A DNA stretch of 64,000 bases from positions 1 through 64,000 of the IMG/VR virus record IMGVR_UViG_3300021431_000106; one strand, 5' to 3'. A model generated the notes under the pieces. That model was given only the letters and a program-made list of their open reading frames with translations, had not been told where the DNA came from and made no database searches. Below are positions 1 to 9,175 of this stretch, in pieces. Every line of letters starts with the position of its first letter. Within the stretch, counting starts at the first letter, position 1. Both the position numbers and the translations under genes were made by a program. Source of the DNA: a virus. Taxonomy: Duplodnaviria; Caudoviricetes.

Positions 1-246
1 TATTTTGCTTATTTTCAGCACATTGCAGACATAACCTTTGTAAAGTGCTGGTTTACAGTTTTATATTTATTCTGGTTATTTTGCTGTGGTATTTTTCGAC
101 AATTTTTGTATTTTTTCGCTCTTTTTTTGTTTGTTTTTGCAGTTTTTTCGCTCATTTTCTCAAAAATTTTTATTCTTTTATTTTGCTCATTCTCAATACA
201 TTATCATTCTGTATTGTGTTAAAAAGTGTTAAAATACGAAAATTAT

Positions 247-277
247 TTTGCAGATTTGAAAATGTGTTGTATATTTG
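247..277 (+). promoter_or_regulatory. Bacteroidota-type primary sigma promoter
   Basis: TTTG (247-250), 19 nt, TATATTTG (270-277); matches the -33/-7 consensus TTTG-N19-21-TAnnTTTG; upstream of the first ORF. Confidence 0.75.
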
Positions 278-359
278 CATCAGATTTCAAAAGATAAGAA
301 AACGGCAAAAGATTGACAATTTAAATTAATATAATTATAAACTTTAAAACTTAAACAAA

Positions 360-872
360 ATGAAAACACAAGTTAAAAACGCAAACGCAAACGCAACCAG
401 CAAAAAGCAAACTACAACTGCAAGTGATGATATGGAAAAAGCAGTTGCTAAAGCCGAAAGATTGGCAAAGGCCGAGGCCTACAAGGCCGAAAGATTGAAA
501 AAAGCAACCGCTCGCCTTGAACTCATTAAGCAAGGAGCAAAAGAGGGCACAATAGGCTTTGCAAATGTTACTTTAAAGCGCACACGTCAGTTTAATGCTA
601 TGAATGCAAACGTACAGGGCGCAATTGACAGCCTTAACGCGTTTATCAAACAAGTTGCTATAGCCAACAATTTCGACAAACAAATTATTTCGGCACTCAA
701 AAGTGAATCGGCCCAAACCATATTGCAACAAGTGAATGAAACAACATTGCCGTTATACATCGACAATAAAGGCAATTACAAGGTAGAATCTTTATATAGG
801 TTAGTAGCAAGCAAGGCCAAAAACAGTGAATTGAGAACACTACTAAATAATATGAATAAGGCCGCAAAATAA
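360..872 (+). CDS. hypothetical early protein (Lys/Ala-rich, 170 aa)
   Basis: ORF track; first ORF after the promoter, A-rich leader. Confidence 0.8.
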   Translation: MKTQVKNANANATSKKQTTTASDDMEKAVAKAERLAKAEAYKAERLKKATARLELIKQGAKEGTIGFANVTLKRTRQFNAMNANVQGAIDSLNAFIKQVAIANNFDKQIISALKSESAQTILQQVNETTLPLYIDNKGNYKVESLYRLVASKAKNSELRTLLNNMNKAAK

Positions 873-1740
873 ACGGCCATAAATAGCGAGCGCTGGAGCC
901 TTTGCTATTGTCCGATTCAATAGGCTCGCTCTAAGTAGCCGGTCCCACAAGGACACACACAATAAACGGCCAAAAGCCAAGTGCGTAAAACGGACAGCAA
1001 TTTGCGAGAATTGCAACGGCTGATGCAACAGCCAAACAAGCAACGGCAATTGAATAAATTGTACGTACATTGTAGGCGGTGAGCCCGCAGAAGGTACAAG
1101 CAGCCATATAACAAGAATACCAGTTTGGAAGGCTGTAAAGAATTGGCAGCGAACAAACGCCGTACCAATAGGATGACGAGGAACGCCAACGAAGTACCTG
1201 CAATTGATAGAATTGTGCGAGAATTGCAGGGAATAAGTTGGGAATTAGTGCCGTATGTTCGGAATAGTTGAATAGCGGGGACGAACAACAAAACGAATAT
1301 GGCACAATTTGGACAAAAACCGTGTACTACGAGCCTAACGGGGACAAGCGACAACTTGTAAGGCGTTCCGTTGAACAACGGTATGTGACAGCAAATCACG
1401 AATTACTGAAACGTATGGGGATACATAGATTGGAACTCCCGCTGCCGTGTGGAATTACCAGCAAGAGCCACAAATAGGAGTTGGGAACAACTCTAATAGA
1501 TTGACCGAATCGTATGCGGGACTGGGAGTATTGAACAAATAGTCAATACGTTAAATTCATACGTCAGGTAACAATGCCTGAGCGAAAAAGAATTGTATGG
1601 GCGAACTATATGCGAGGAGTTCTAACAGGTCCATATAGTGTAGAATAGTTCGAGACAGTAGTGAAGTCGAACAATACCCGTTTATGAATTATGGCCACGA
1701 TGCGAGGGATTGCGTCGTGGTCGCAGAGTACGAAAGTACA
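860..1740 (+). ncRNA. candidate large ornate structured ncRNA (~880 nt)
   Basis: No convincing CDS; ~20 hand-paired helices, e.g. cctgcaatt 1197-1205/aattgcagg 1222-1230, gtgccgtat 1248-1256/atatggcac 1297-1305, actatatg 1605-1612/catatagt 1632-1639, ggccacgatgc 1693-1703/gcgtcgtggtc 1712-1722, gtac-GAAA-gtac 1728-1739. Confidence 0.6.
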
Positions 1741-1781
1741 AGTTAAAAAAAAGAATTTTATTAACGAAAAAAGAATTTGTT

Positions 1782-1964
1782 ATGAATAATGTTATTGTAA
1801 AACAAACAGTCGAATACGTGAATGGCTGTTTTATTGAACACAATTTGAACACTGAAACGAATACTTTGTTTTATAGTGTGAAATATCCTGACGGCGTGAC
1901 GCTGGACTACAAACGTCTTTGTGCTGCGAGAAAAAGCACGCTGCGTTACGTGGGGAATAAGTAG
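1782..1964 (+). CDS. hypothetical protein
   Basis: ATG at 1782 (MNNVIVK...) after an A-rich leader, within ORF 1710..1964. Confidence 0.65.
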   Translation: MNNVIVKQTVEYVNGCFIEHNLNTETNTLFYSVKYPDGVTLDYKRLCAARKSTLRYVGNK

Positions 1965-2089
1965 AGAATAATATAACTGCGCATGACGCGGGTCGCGCGA
2001 GGGCGGATGAAATATATTCAACGCCCTCACGCACCCGTGCGCGAATAAGTTTTCCAATAAATTATACAAATAATTAAAGAATTTTAACT

Positions 2090-2299
2090 ATGAAACGGTT
2101 TCCGAGACAATTTGCAATGCTTATATGGCATTGCAACAAATTGGTCTTCGATGTTAAAATTTCATCGGGGACACAGAATTTTCTATCTTCCTTTTCACAG
2201 GATGAATTAGATAATTATGCCAGAAGACTTGCATCAACAAGCCATAAAGAATTTCGAGAGAATGATAGATGTTTTCTCGAAATACAAGAAATATCATAA
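2090..2299 (+). CDS. hypothetical protein
   Basis: ORF track, co-oriented in early array. Confidence 0.6.
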   Translation: MKRFPRQFAMLIWHCNKLVFDVKISSGTQNFLSSFSQDELDNYARRLASTSHKEFRENDRCFLEIQEIS

Positions 2300-2390
2300 T
2301 AATTATGCCACAGAATTATTTAGACTATGAGGTATACCGCGACCTCAGCGAACTCGCGGACGTTATGGAACAGCTTTATGACGCAGAATT

Positions 2391-2669
2391 ATGAAATACA
2401 TAAAAGAACTAAAAGAACTTGCCCGCGAACTCAAATCGGGCGTTCGTTACTGCGAACTGCTGCCGAAGGTGTGTGTGCAGGAGGATATATGGAGCACCGT
2501 ATTATGCTACGGATACGGCAATAATGGCGGCGGTCCGTACTGGTTTTGGAGGAACTACGGCAGCAGCGCAGAACCTGCCACACTTGAGGAACTGAACTTC
2601 ATCATAACGAAGATATTCGGGATGACGGTTGGTGAATTCAAAAAGAAATACAAACCTATAAAACAATAA
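2391..2669 (+). CDS. hypothetical protein
   Basis: ORF track, early array. Confidence 0.75.
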   Translation: MKYIKELKELARELKSGVRYCELLPKVCVQEDIWSTVLCYGYGNNGGGPYWFWRNYGSSAEPATLEELNFIITKIFGMTVGEFKKKYKPIKQ

Positions 2670-2674
2670 ACAAT

Positions 2675-2830
2675 ATGAAGAAACAAATAAAGGTCACAGC
2701 CCTGACCGAGAAGGGCGGAGCAATAGTCAGCGGGTGGTTTGCTGACGAGAACAAGGGCGAGGAATACGCCGCCGCGATGATGCAGCGCGGATATGTCTGC
2801 GTCAAACAATACAGAGAGAAAGGAGAATGA
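2675..2830 (+). CDS. hypothetical protein (51 aa, ends KGE)
   Basis: Read by hand: MKKQIKVTALTEKGG...YREKGE*; below the ORF-track cutoff. Confidence 0.65.
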   Translation: MKKQIKVTALTEKGGAIVSGWFADENKGEEYAAAMMQRGYVCVKQYREKGE

Positions 2831-2831
2831 T

Positions 2832-3152
2832 ATGACACTTCACGAATTGTGGCAAAAGAGGAACCGACTAATCGACATTGTCGAACACGACCCTACCTGC
2901 GGGAAATGGAAGTACCAAGATTGGGCAAATATACACATCCCTAATGAAAAAGGGTCGAGGTTAATACGCAGAATTTGCTCCACCTACGAAAAAATGAAAA
3001 AGAATGCTGTCGACAGATGGATTGAAGAGGGAATGATGGACGAATGGATGATAACCCACGAGTTCATGGGATTCGATGGAAGTCCGAACTATTGGGCGAA
3101 GGATTATGCACTTGCCTACATAAAGGGTGCCGATATGCCAATTATAAAATAA
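2832..3152 (+). CDS. hypothetical protein
   Basis: ATG at 2832 (MTLHELW...) within ORF 2793..3152. Confidence 0.7.
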   Translation: MTLHELWQKRNRLIDIVEHDPTCGKWKYQDWANIHIPNEKGSRLIRRICSTYEKMKKNAVDRWIEEGMMDEWMITHEFMGFDGSPNYWAKDYALAYIKGADMPIIK

Positions 3153-3172
3153 AACAATAAACACATACAACA

Positions 3173-3508
3173 ATGAAAACAAAAATAACGCAAAGGGAAA
3201 TCAAGAATAATTTCAGCAAAATCATCTGCATTGCGTATTGCGACGCGCAGCATCTTTTGAATTACATCAGCCCGAACTGGTACAATGCGGGCGTGTATGG
3301 ATGGAACTTTGACGCATACGACCTCGGTGAAGGTGTATGTGTCGTGACGGGATACCGACCATTCGGAAACGTCCGCGTGCCTTATGATGAACTCCTCAAG
3401 TTGGAGAAGAAGGCGAGCAGTATCCAATACGACAACAAAATTGATTGGCGAAAGAAACCCGCGATGATGCAGAAATTAATCAAGAGAATGATTTCTCTCG
3501 CAGAATAG
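3173..3508 (+). CDS. hypothetical protein
   Basis: ORF track, early array. Confidence 0.8.
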   Translation: MKTKITQREIKNNFSKIICIAYCDAQHLLNYISPNWYNAGVYGWNFDAYDLGEGVCVVTGYRPFGNVRVPYDELLKLEKKASSIQYDNKIDWRKKPAMMQKLIKRMISLAE

Positions 3509-3593
3509 GGAGCGTCGGAACTCCGGGGCGGTGTGAGTGAGAACTCTATCCGCCAGCAATGCAATAATGCAGAATGATTAAATAACTACAACA

Positions 3594-3788
3594 ATGGAAA
3601 GACAATATGCAGAAGAGGCACGCCAGTTCTGTGCCGCAATCAAGAAGTTGGCCGCAAACGAAGCGGCATTGGACAACTTCGAAAGTTACTTGTCGATGCA
3701 CTTCGACACTTGGCTGAAACAGTATGCCGACTACCCCGGAGGCATTGTGTACGAACTCGAGCAATTCGCAGAATCGACTAATGTTTAA
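3594..3788 (+). CDS. hypothetical protein
   Basis: ORF track, early array. Confidence 0.75.
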   Translation: MERQYAEEARQFCAAIKKLAANEAALDNFESYLSMHFDTWLKQYADYPGGIVYELEQFAESTNV

Positions 3789-3805
3789 CAATAAAATCAA
3801 TAGTT

Positions 3806-4054
3806 ATGACAAGAACAGAATATAGAAGGTTAATTGAGTACCGAGTTAATTACATAAACAAGAGGCTCGGGACGAAGTACGAAATAGAATACGCATCTCA
3901 GTATGGCGGATGGAATATGTATGAAGAGGCGGAGGGAGGTGGACGACACAGTGGTGTGCTCGGATTCAACGGTCGAAAATCCAGTGCGGAGATGCTGAAC
4001 TATTTGGACGGCATCTTCCAACTGCTGTGTTTCTACAAACTGAAAAAAGAATAG
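3806..4054 (+). CDS. hypothetical protein
   Basis: ORF track, early array. Confidence 0.75.
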   Translation: MTRTEYRRLIEYRVNYINKRLGTKYEIEYASQYGGWNMYEEAEGGGRHSGVLGFNGRKSSAEMLNYLDGIFQLLCFYKLKKE

Positions 4055-4065
4055 GAGGGAAACCA

Positions 4066-4422
4066 ATGAATACAAACTTCATTTATGAACTGCTTCGGGT
4101 TGACGCACCCACACAGAACGAACTTAAAGATGTCGCACGCCTTTCGATTGTTGAGGAGGTCGGGCTTGAGGTGGTCACGAAACAAGTGCTCCACGACAAG
4201 ACGCTGCTGCCGATGTACCTCATCGAATCGCACCTTGTGGCAAACGGCGAACAATTGTGTCTTGCAATCGACCGCGACATTATTGAACGTTCGATGGATA
4301 AGGACGTCTTCATCCACGCCTGCTTCTCTGTGGATAACCTCGGGAGAATCCTTGTGTTCGTCCCGTCAGACCATTCGAATAGCGGCAATGACGAATGGTA
4401 TTCAGTAATAATAAAATATTAA
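4066..4422 (+). CDS. hypothetical protein
   Basis: ATG at 4066 (MNTNFIY...) after GGAGG, within ORF 4027..4422. Confidence 0.7.
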   Translation: MNTNFIYELLRVDAPTQNELKDVARLSIVEEVGLEVVTKQVLHDKTLLPMYLIESHLVANGEQLCLAIDRDIIERSMDKDVFIHACFSVDNLGRILVFVPSDHSNSGNDEWYSVIIKY

Positions 4423-4434
4423 GGAGGACGAACA

Positions 4435-5106
4435 ATGAAAGAAATAAAAGTAAAACTCTATCGGTTCGACGAACTAGAAGAGAAGATACAAGACATCATC
4501 ATAGCAGAACGTCAGTCTCGCATCGACTTCGCCGAGGCATATTACTCTGACTGGGAAGGAACGCTCGAGGAGTTCGAGAAACTTATGGGCATTAAGGTGA
4601 AGAATTGGGAAGTCAGCGGATGCGGTTATAACTACCGCATTGAGTATGGAATAAGTGCGTACTCGGACGGTTATTATCACGAGATTGACGGCGACGACAT
4701 AAAGGGCAAATATCTGTGGCGTTATCTGATGGAGAATGTATGGGACGACATCAACCCAAGAAAGGAGTACCATACAGAAGAATGGGACAGAGAGAAGAGC
4801 GACTATGCAAAGAAAAGAACGTCGCGGATACTCCGTCAGAGTTGGAAGGATTGCCCACTCACGGGAATGTGCTACGACTACGACATCCTCGAGCCTATCG
4901 CTGAGTATATGTCGAAGCCTTACGAAGAGGATTACACGCTCGACGACATTATCCGAGACTGTCTCGACAGTTTCTTCTCTTCGTGGCAAAAGGAAATCGA
5001 GTGGTACAATTCATACGAGGGTGTCAAGGAATATCTTACCGAGTATGACGACAACGAATACTACGAGAACGGCAAGGTTTTCAACGGTGTTCTTGTCGAA
5101 GAATAA
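4435..5106 (+). CDS. hypothetical acidic protein (223 aa)
   Basis: ORF track; AAGGAGG upstream. Confidence 0.85.
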   Translation: MKEIKVKLYRFDELEEKIQDIIIAERQSRIDFAEAYYSDWEGTLEEFEKLMGIKVKNWEVSGCGYNYRIEYGISAYSDGYYHEIDGDDIKGKYLWRYLMENVWDDINPRKEYHTEEWDREKSDYAKKRTSRILRQSWKDCPLTGMCYDYDILEPIAEYMSKPYEEDYTLDDIIRDCLDSFFSSWQKEIEWYNSYEGVKEYLTEYDDNEYYENGKVFNGVLVEE

Positions 5107-5204
5107 AGAGAAACGTCACGCGTCGGAGTGACGAATTGTTGTAAGTTTTAAGGTTTGAACGGGGCAGCCGACGATGCCCCTTTGTCAAAAACAAGGAAAA
5201 AACA

Positions 5205-5393
5205 ATGGAAAAAACAGTAGATATTGTGACAATCGTATGTTACAATAAAACAAAAAAAATGCCCCGTCACGAGGCAATCAAAGAATTCGGAGAAGGTATG
5301 TTGGTGTGCGAGGGTTCTGAGGCAGAGCGTTACGCTCAAATATATGAGCAACTCCTAGCAGGCTACAAAGTCTGTTCCGATAAAATCAATTAA
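5205..5393 (+). CDS. hypothetical protein
   Basis: ORF track, early array. Confidence 0.75.
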   Translation: MEKTVDIVTIVCYNKTKKMPRHEAIKEFGEGMLVCEGSEAERYAQIYEQLLAGYKVCSDKIN

Positions 5394-5418
5394 ACAATTA
5401 TAAATCAATTAAACAATT

Positions 5419-5955
5419 ATGATTGACAATAAATTTGACAAGACAGAACGCTTTCTGAATATTGAAAGCAGCGACATCTTCTTCGTCAAGGAAGGAGACA
5501 AAGCAGTGGCGTGCAAGTTCGCGGAATTCGAATTTTATTGGCCTTCGTTCAACGGTAGAATGATGTTATCGAAACTTGGAATCGTCACCGCCGAAGGCAA
5601 GCGTTACAACAAAGGAGTGTATCCTATACAACTCTATGCACACCCCGAAGAAATCGTAGGTGGAGAACCTTATATTCTCAGTGTCGGCGATTGTTGTTTC
5701 CTGAATATCGATATAGTTGTCGAAAAAACGGGTATAGAAATACCAAACTTCATTGATGGCGAGCATTATGCCATCGCCTACAAATGGGACGGCTTCAAGC
5801 CCGTTGAATGCAGACTTGGCGTTTATTATGACGTGCTTAGGAGAGAGGTGAGATGCAGAGTTTCTGAAAGCAACCCTGGCGTCAAGTTCTACCTGACAAG
5901 AGAGGAATGTGCCAAAGACAATACAATGAAAGTGGTACTTTTCGCGAATAATTAA
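5419..5955 (+). CDS. hypothetical protein
   Basis: ORF track, early array. Confidence 0.8.
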   Translation: MIDNKFDKTERFLNIESSDIFFVKEGDKAVACKFAEFEFYWPSFNGRMMLSKLGIVTAEGKRYNKGVYPIQLYAHPEEIVGGEPYILSVGDCCFLNIDIVVEKTGIEIPNFIDGEHYAIAYKWDGFKPVECRLGVYYDVLRREVRCRVSESNPGVKFYLTREECAKDNTMKVVLFANN

Positions 5956-5966
5956 TCAACAACAAA

Positions 5967-6233
5967 ATGAATACAGGAGGAATAACAATGTACACAGCAG
6001 ACGACTTCAACACAGAGAACGCACCGAAAGAGATGGTGCACTTTGTAATCGACAGTGTTGTCGATTTTGACAAGCATTATAGCCGTGCGTTGGAAATCAT
6101 CGGAGCCGACAGATGTCCGCTTAAAATGGCTGACAGACGGCTTTTCGACAACATCCAAGACTGCATCGACGACTGGTGCAAAGACAATGATGATGACCCT
6201 GACAACTATGACATCGAAGAAATATTTGGATGA
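5967..6233 (+). CDS. hypothetical acidic protein
   Basis: ORF track; start may be 5988. Confidence 0.75.
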   Translation: MNTGGITMYTADDFNTENAPKEMVHFVIDSVVDFDKHYSRALEIIGADRCPLKMADRRLFDNIQDCIDDWCKDNDDDPDNYDIEEIFG

Positions 6234-6234
6234 T

Positions 6235-6390
6235 ATGGGAACAGTAACCTATCACAGACCGCCGACGCAATCGGAAATCAAATTCGGGTATGGGGCGACA
6301 CATTATTGCGACATTCCCACAGACGTATGCCTCAATAAAGGCAAAGCAAAGAAATGGCTGATGTATAATGGTCATCGATGGTATTATTAA
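6235..6390 (+). CDS. hypothetical protein (51 aa)
   Basis: ATG at 6235 (MGTVTYHRPP...) within ORF 6055..6390, just after the previous stop. Confidence 0.65.
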   Translation: MGTVTYHRPPTQSEIKFGYGATHYCDIPTDVCLNKGKAKKWLMYNGHRWYY

Positions 6391-6405
6391 CCCTTAAAAA
6401 TAATT

Positions 6406-6606
6406 ATGACAAAGTATTTCACAGAAAACGGAGTGGCGTCACACGATGACAATGCTGCCACCATCGAAGAAGCAAAAAAAGTCCTCGAAGAAAAAAAGTT
6501 ATGCGTGGCAGTCATTGACAACGATGGCGAGCCGCTTAGATGCGTGACAAGGGGAACTTACAAAGAAATGTTCCTTCTCTATAACGGGAAGGCTTTTATG
6601 GTTTAA
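6406..6606 (+). CDS. hypothetical protein
   Basis: ORF track, early array. Confidence 0.7.
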   Translation: MTKYFTENGVASHDDNAATIEEAKKVLEEKKLCVAVIDNDGEPLRCVTRGTYKEMFLLYNGKAFMV

Positions 6607-6628
6607 TAATATAAAAAAAACAAGAACA

Positions 6629-7003
6629 ATGGAAGACAGAATAAAGAAAATAGTGACCGACCGCGAGTGGCTTGTTAACTGGCTGAGCGACGCATTTGAC
6701 ACGTCACCTTGGTTTGAGGTCAAGCAATGTTTCATCCCTCTCTCCAAGGCTTCTGCGAAACGGCTTTTATGCAGAGAAGAGCGATGGGCTGACGCTCTTC
6801 TGAATGGCGGATATATTATCGTGAATGACCCCGAAGAGGAAGAAGAACACAAGGTAAAACTCGAAGACATAATCAAGGGCTTCGGGAAGTTCATCTTCGA
6901 CTGTCCAGAGCAATATGCCAATATGATGACAGAGAACTATGACTTCTATGATGCCGACTGCTTGTTGCAGATTGTGATATTCGGAGAGGTCACTTACGCA
7001 TAA
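6629..7003 (+). CDS. hypothetical protein
   Basis: ORF track, early array. Confidence 0.8.
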   Translation: MEDRIKKIVTDREWLVNWLSDAFDTSPWFEVKQCFIPLSKASAKRLLCREERWADALLNGGYIIVNDPEEEEEHKVKLEDIIKGFGKFIFDCPEQYANMMTENYDFYDADCLLQIVIFGEVTYA

Positions 7004-7028
7004 CAACTACAACTAAAAGCATGATACA

Positions 7029-7571
7029 ATGGGAAAATTAAGCAAAATAGAACAATCAAACAAGGATTTCCTTGAAAACCACGACATCTATTGCGATAAG
7101 ATGGACGATGGCGGTTGGGAGTTGGAAAGTTACACAGACGGAGGCGGAGACCAACTTATCTATATTGACAACCTCACACGAGAGGAACTGATAGAGTACC
7201 TCGAAAACTATGACGTCAACGAGGAGACAAACCTATGGTTCCCTAATGGAAGACCAGGCAATGGCGTACCATTCGACAACTACAAAGACCTATGGGACGA
7301 CATCGAGGATTGGCGTAAGTGGATGCTCAATATTGCCAAACGGATGCCCGACGGTGAAGATGTCGATGAAAAAGAAGCGACCGCAGAGGAACTGCTTGAA
7401 GATGCGGACTTGGATAAACTACAGAAGGTTTTTTTCGAGCACGCCGTTGAAGCCCCGTCCTACATCTACGACTTCATCGAGTTGATTGACGAGGACAAGT
7501 TGCACAACTTGTATGTCGAGAAACTCAGAGAAATGCTGACGTCTGATGAAATCATCGAAAATTTTCAATAA
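7029..7571 (+). CDS. hypothetical acidic protein
   Basis: ORF track, early array. Confidence 0.8.
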   Translation: MGKLSKIEQSNKDFLENHDIYCDKMDDGGWELESYTDGGGDQLIYIDNLTREELIEYLENYDVNEETNLWFPNGRPGNGVPFDNYKDLWDDIEDWRKWMLNIAKRMPDGEDVDEKEATAEELLEDADLDKLQKVFFEHAVEAPSYIYDFIELIDEDKLHNLYVEKLREMLTSDEIIENFQ

Positions 7572-7582
7572 ATAAAAAAACA

Positions 7583-7882
7583 ATGAAACTTACAAGAAAA
7601 AACGTCGCGGACGTACTCCGCGAGAAACTCCTTAACGGAGAAGTCAATTTTGTCTTCAAGAAAACGGACAGCAGCCGACGTGCAGCAGTCGGAACAACGA
7701 ATCTCGACCTTGTGCCACAGGACTTGTGGCCGAAAGATATGACAAGTGTCGAAGAAAGCAACGAGAAGCAAAAAGATAGTGGCGTTGTGCGGTTCTTTGA
7801 CTTGGAGAAAGGTGCGTGGCGTTCGTGCAAGTCGAACAGCATCATAAACGTCGACGGAGAGGAGGTGGTCGATGAAGACTAA
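7583..7882 (+). CDS. SH3 beta-barrel (DUF2693/WYL_2-like) protein
   Basis: Motifs GEVNFVFKKTDSSRRAAVGT and RFFDLEKGAWRSCK resemble the Bacteroidales DUF2693 family. Confidence 0.65.
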   Translation: MKLTRKNVADVLREKLLNGEVNFVFKKTDSSRRAAVGTTNLDLVPQDLWPKDMTSVEESNEKQKDSGVVRFFDLEKGAWRSCKSNSIINVDGEEVVDED

Positions 7883-7892
7883 TAAACGCAAG

Positions 7893-8051
7893 ATGCAGAT
7901 TACCTACCGCGACAAATTTGGGGTAGAGGGCTCTATAATCCAGATAATGTCGGAAAAGAAAATCGGGATGTGGGTATGTTACTTCATTGACCACGGAAGC
8001 GAAGTGGTCGGTGTAAAGGAAATAGCAGACGGAGAGGAGGTAGAGCAATGA
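7893..8051 (+). CDS. hypothetical protein (52 aa)
   Basis: Read by hand: MQITYRDKFG...EEVEQ*; stop overlaps the next ATG. Confidence 0.55.
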   Translation: MQITYRDKFGVEGSIIQIMSEKKIGMWVCYFIDHGSEVVGVKEIADGEEVEQ

Positions 8052-8251
8052 AACTGAAAGAAATAGAGACAAACATCCAGCACGAGTTGAATGTTGGCTG
8101 GAGAGTGGCGAAAAACATCCGCGAAAGACTTTTCAAACACTGGAGCGGCTACAAAGAAGCCATCCAAGACTTGTCCGTCCGCTACGACGACGACGGGCGT
8201 ATTGAGTTCACACTGACAATCAACAACAAACAAAAAAACGTAACAATATGA
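8048..8251 (+). CDS. hypothetical protein
   Basis: ORF track; ATGA-coupled. Confidence 0.7.
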   Translation: MKLKEIETNIQHELNVGWRVAKNIRERLFKHWSGYKEAIQDLSVRYDDDGRIEFTLTINNKQKNVTI

Positions 8252-8472
8252 ATGCAAAGGTAAGAAAAGAAATTGCAAAGCACATTGCTTCGCTAAATGA
8301 AATCAAGGACAACCTCGAGTCGATAAGAGACGACCAGGGAGAGAAGTACGACAATATGCCGGAGGGCTTGCAGGACAGCGAACGCGGCGAGCAGATGCAG
8401 GAGGCAATAGACAGCCTCGACAATGCCGTCTGTTCAATAGAGGATGCAGTGGAGTACCTTGAAAACTGCTGA
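8248..8472 (+). CDS. hypothetical coiled-coil protein
   Basis: ORF track; EKYDNMPEGLQDSERGEQMQEAIDSL is typical of small gut-phage proteins. Confidence 0.8.
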   Translation: MNAKVRKEIAKHIASLNEIKDNLESIRDDQGEKYDNMPEGLQDSERGEQMQEAIDSLDNAVCSIEDAVEYLENC

Positions 8473-8475
8473 CAG

Positions 8476-8694
8476 ATGAAAACAAACACATGGGACAATG
8501 GTACACCTATCGAGGTCGAACGTCTCGGCAGATGTACCGCATATCGAAGGACAATCAACAAAGAGTTCTACCAATGGAAGATAAAGCACGGCTTCACAGA
8601 GGTTGTCGGCGACTATGCGATAAGCAATGTGGATGCTCTGAACAACGCCTTGGTTGAACTCCGAAAACGATTCAAAAAGATATTCGATGACTGA
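8476..8694 (+). CDS. hypothetical protein
   Basis: ORF track. Confidence 0.7.
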   Translation: MKTNTWDNGTPIEVERLGRCTAYRRTINKEFYQWKIKHGFTEVVGDYAISNVDALNNALVELRKRFKKIFDD

Positions 8695-8902
8695 AACAAA
8701 ATTCACCGCCCGCTTCTTCAACGAGGACGGCGGGCGGTCTAACACAACGATGGCATACAGCAAGGAAATGCTGGTAGCCACAATGAAACACCTGCTCCTA
8801 ATCTTCGACGATTGGGACGGGTTTGAGATTGAGACAAACGCGAAATTAATCTATAAATACAACAAACATTATGAAAAGAACGCTAACAGACTACTACACT
8901 AA
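8687..8902 (+). CDS. hypothetical protein
   Basis: ATG at 8687 (MTETKF...) within ORF 8654..8902. Confidence 0.55.
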   Translation: MTETKFTARFFNEDGGRSNTTMAYSKEMLVATMKHLLLIFDDWDGFEIETNAKLIYKYNKHYEKNANRLLH

Positions 8903-9167
8903 AAAGCAGAAAACTATTTTGTATAAAGATAGTATGCTTCCAGCCTTTGGCGAGGACGGCATCGAATATATGGTATTCAGAGAACTTACGGACTGGGGGA
9001 CTGGCAAGCCACGCACCGACTGCGACATTATCGACATAAAGCAGAAAATGGCAATAAAAGTATGGCGTGACAAAGAGAAAGAACCCATTAAATTTGACCT
9101 CAACAAAAAAGCATTTGACAAAGCAACCACAATAGAAGAGTATATCAACATGATTAATCATAAATAA
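8871..9167 (+). CDS. hypothetical protein
   Basis: ORF track. Confidence 0.7.
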   Translation: MKRTLTDYYTKKQKTILYKDSMLPAFGEDGIEYMVFRELTDWGTGKPRTDCDIIDIKQKMAIKVWRDKEKEPIKFDLNKKAFDKATTIEEYINMINHK

Positions 9168-9175
9168 TCAACATT

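Noticed and set aside
930-1110. Twister ribozyme (TAAGTAGCCGGTCCC and GGCGGTGAGCCCGC resemble twister P4 segments)
   Set aside because: The full P1/P2/P4 plus two-pseudoknot architecture could not be assembled by hand; treated as part of the large RNA.
917-1477. ORFs 917..1399, 931..1305 and 1268..1477 within the large RNA region
   Set aside because: Atypical composition, non-ATG or weak starts and no A-rich leaders; better explained by the structured RNA, though short peptides cannot be excluded.
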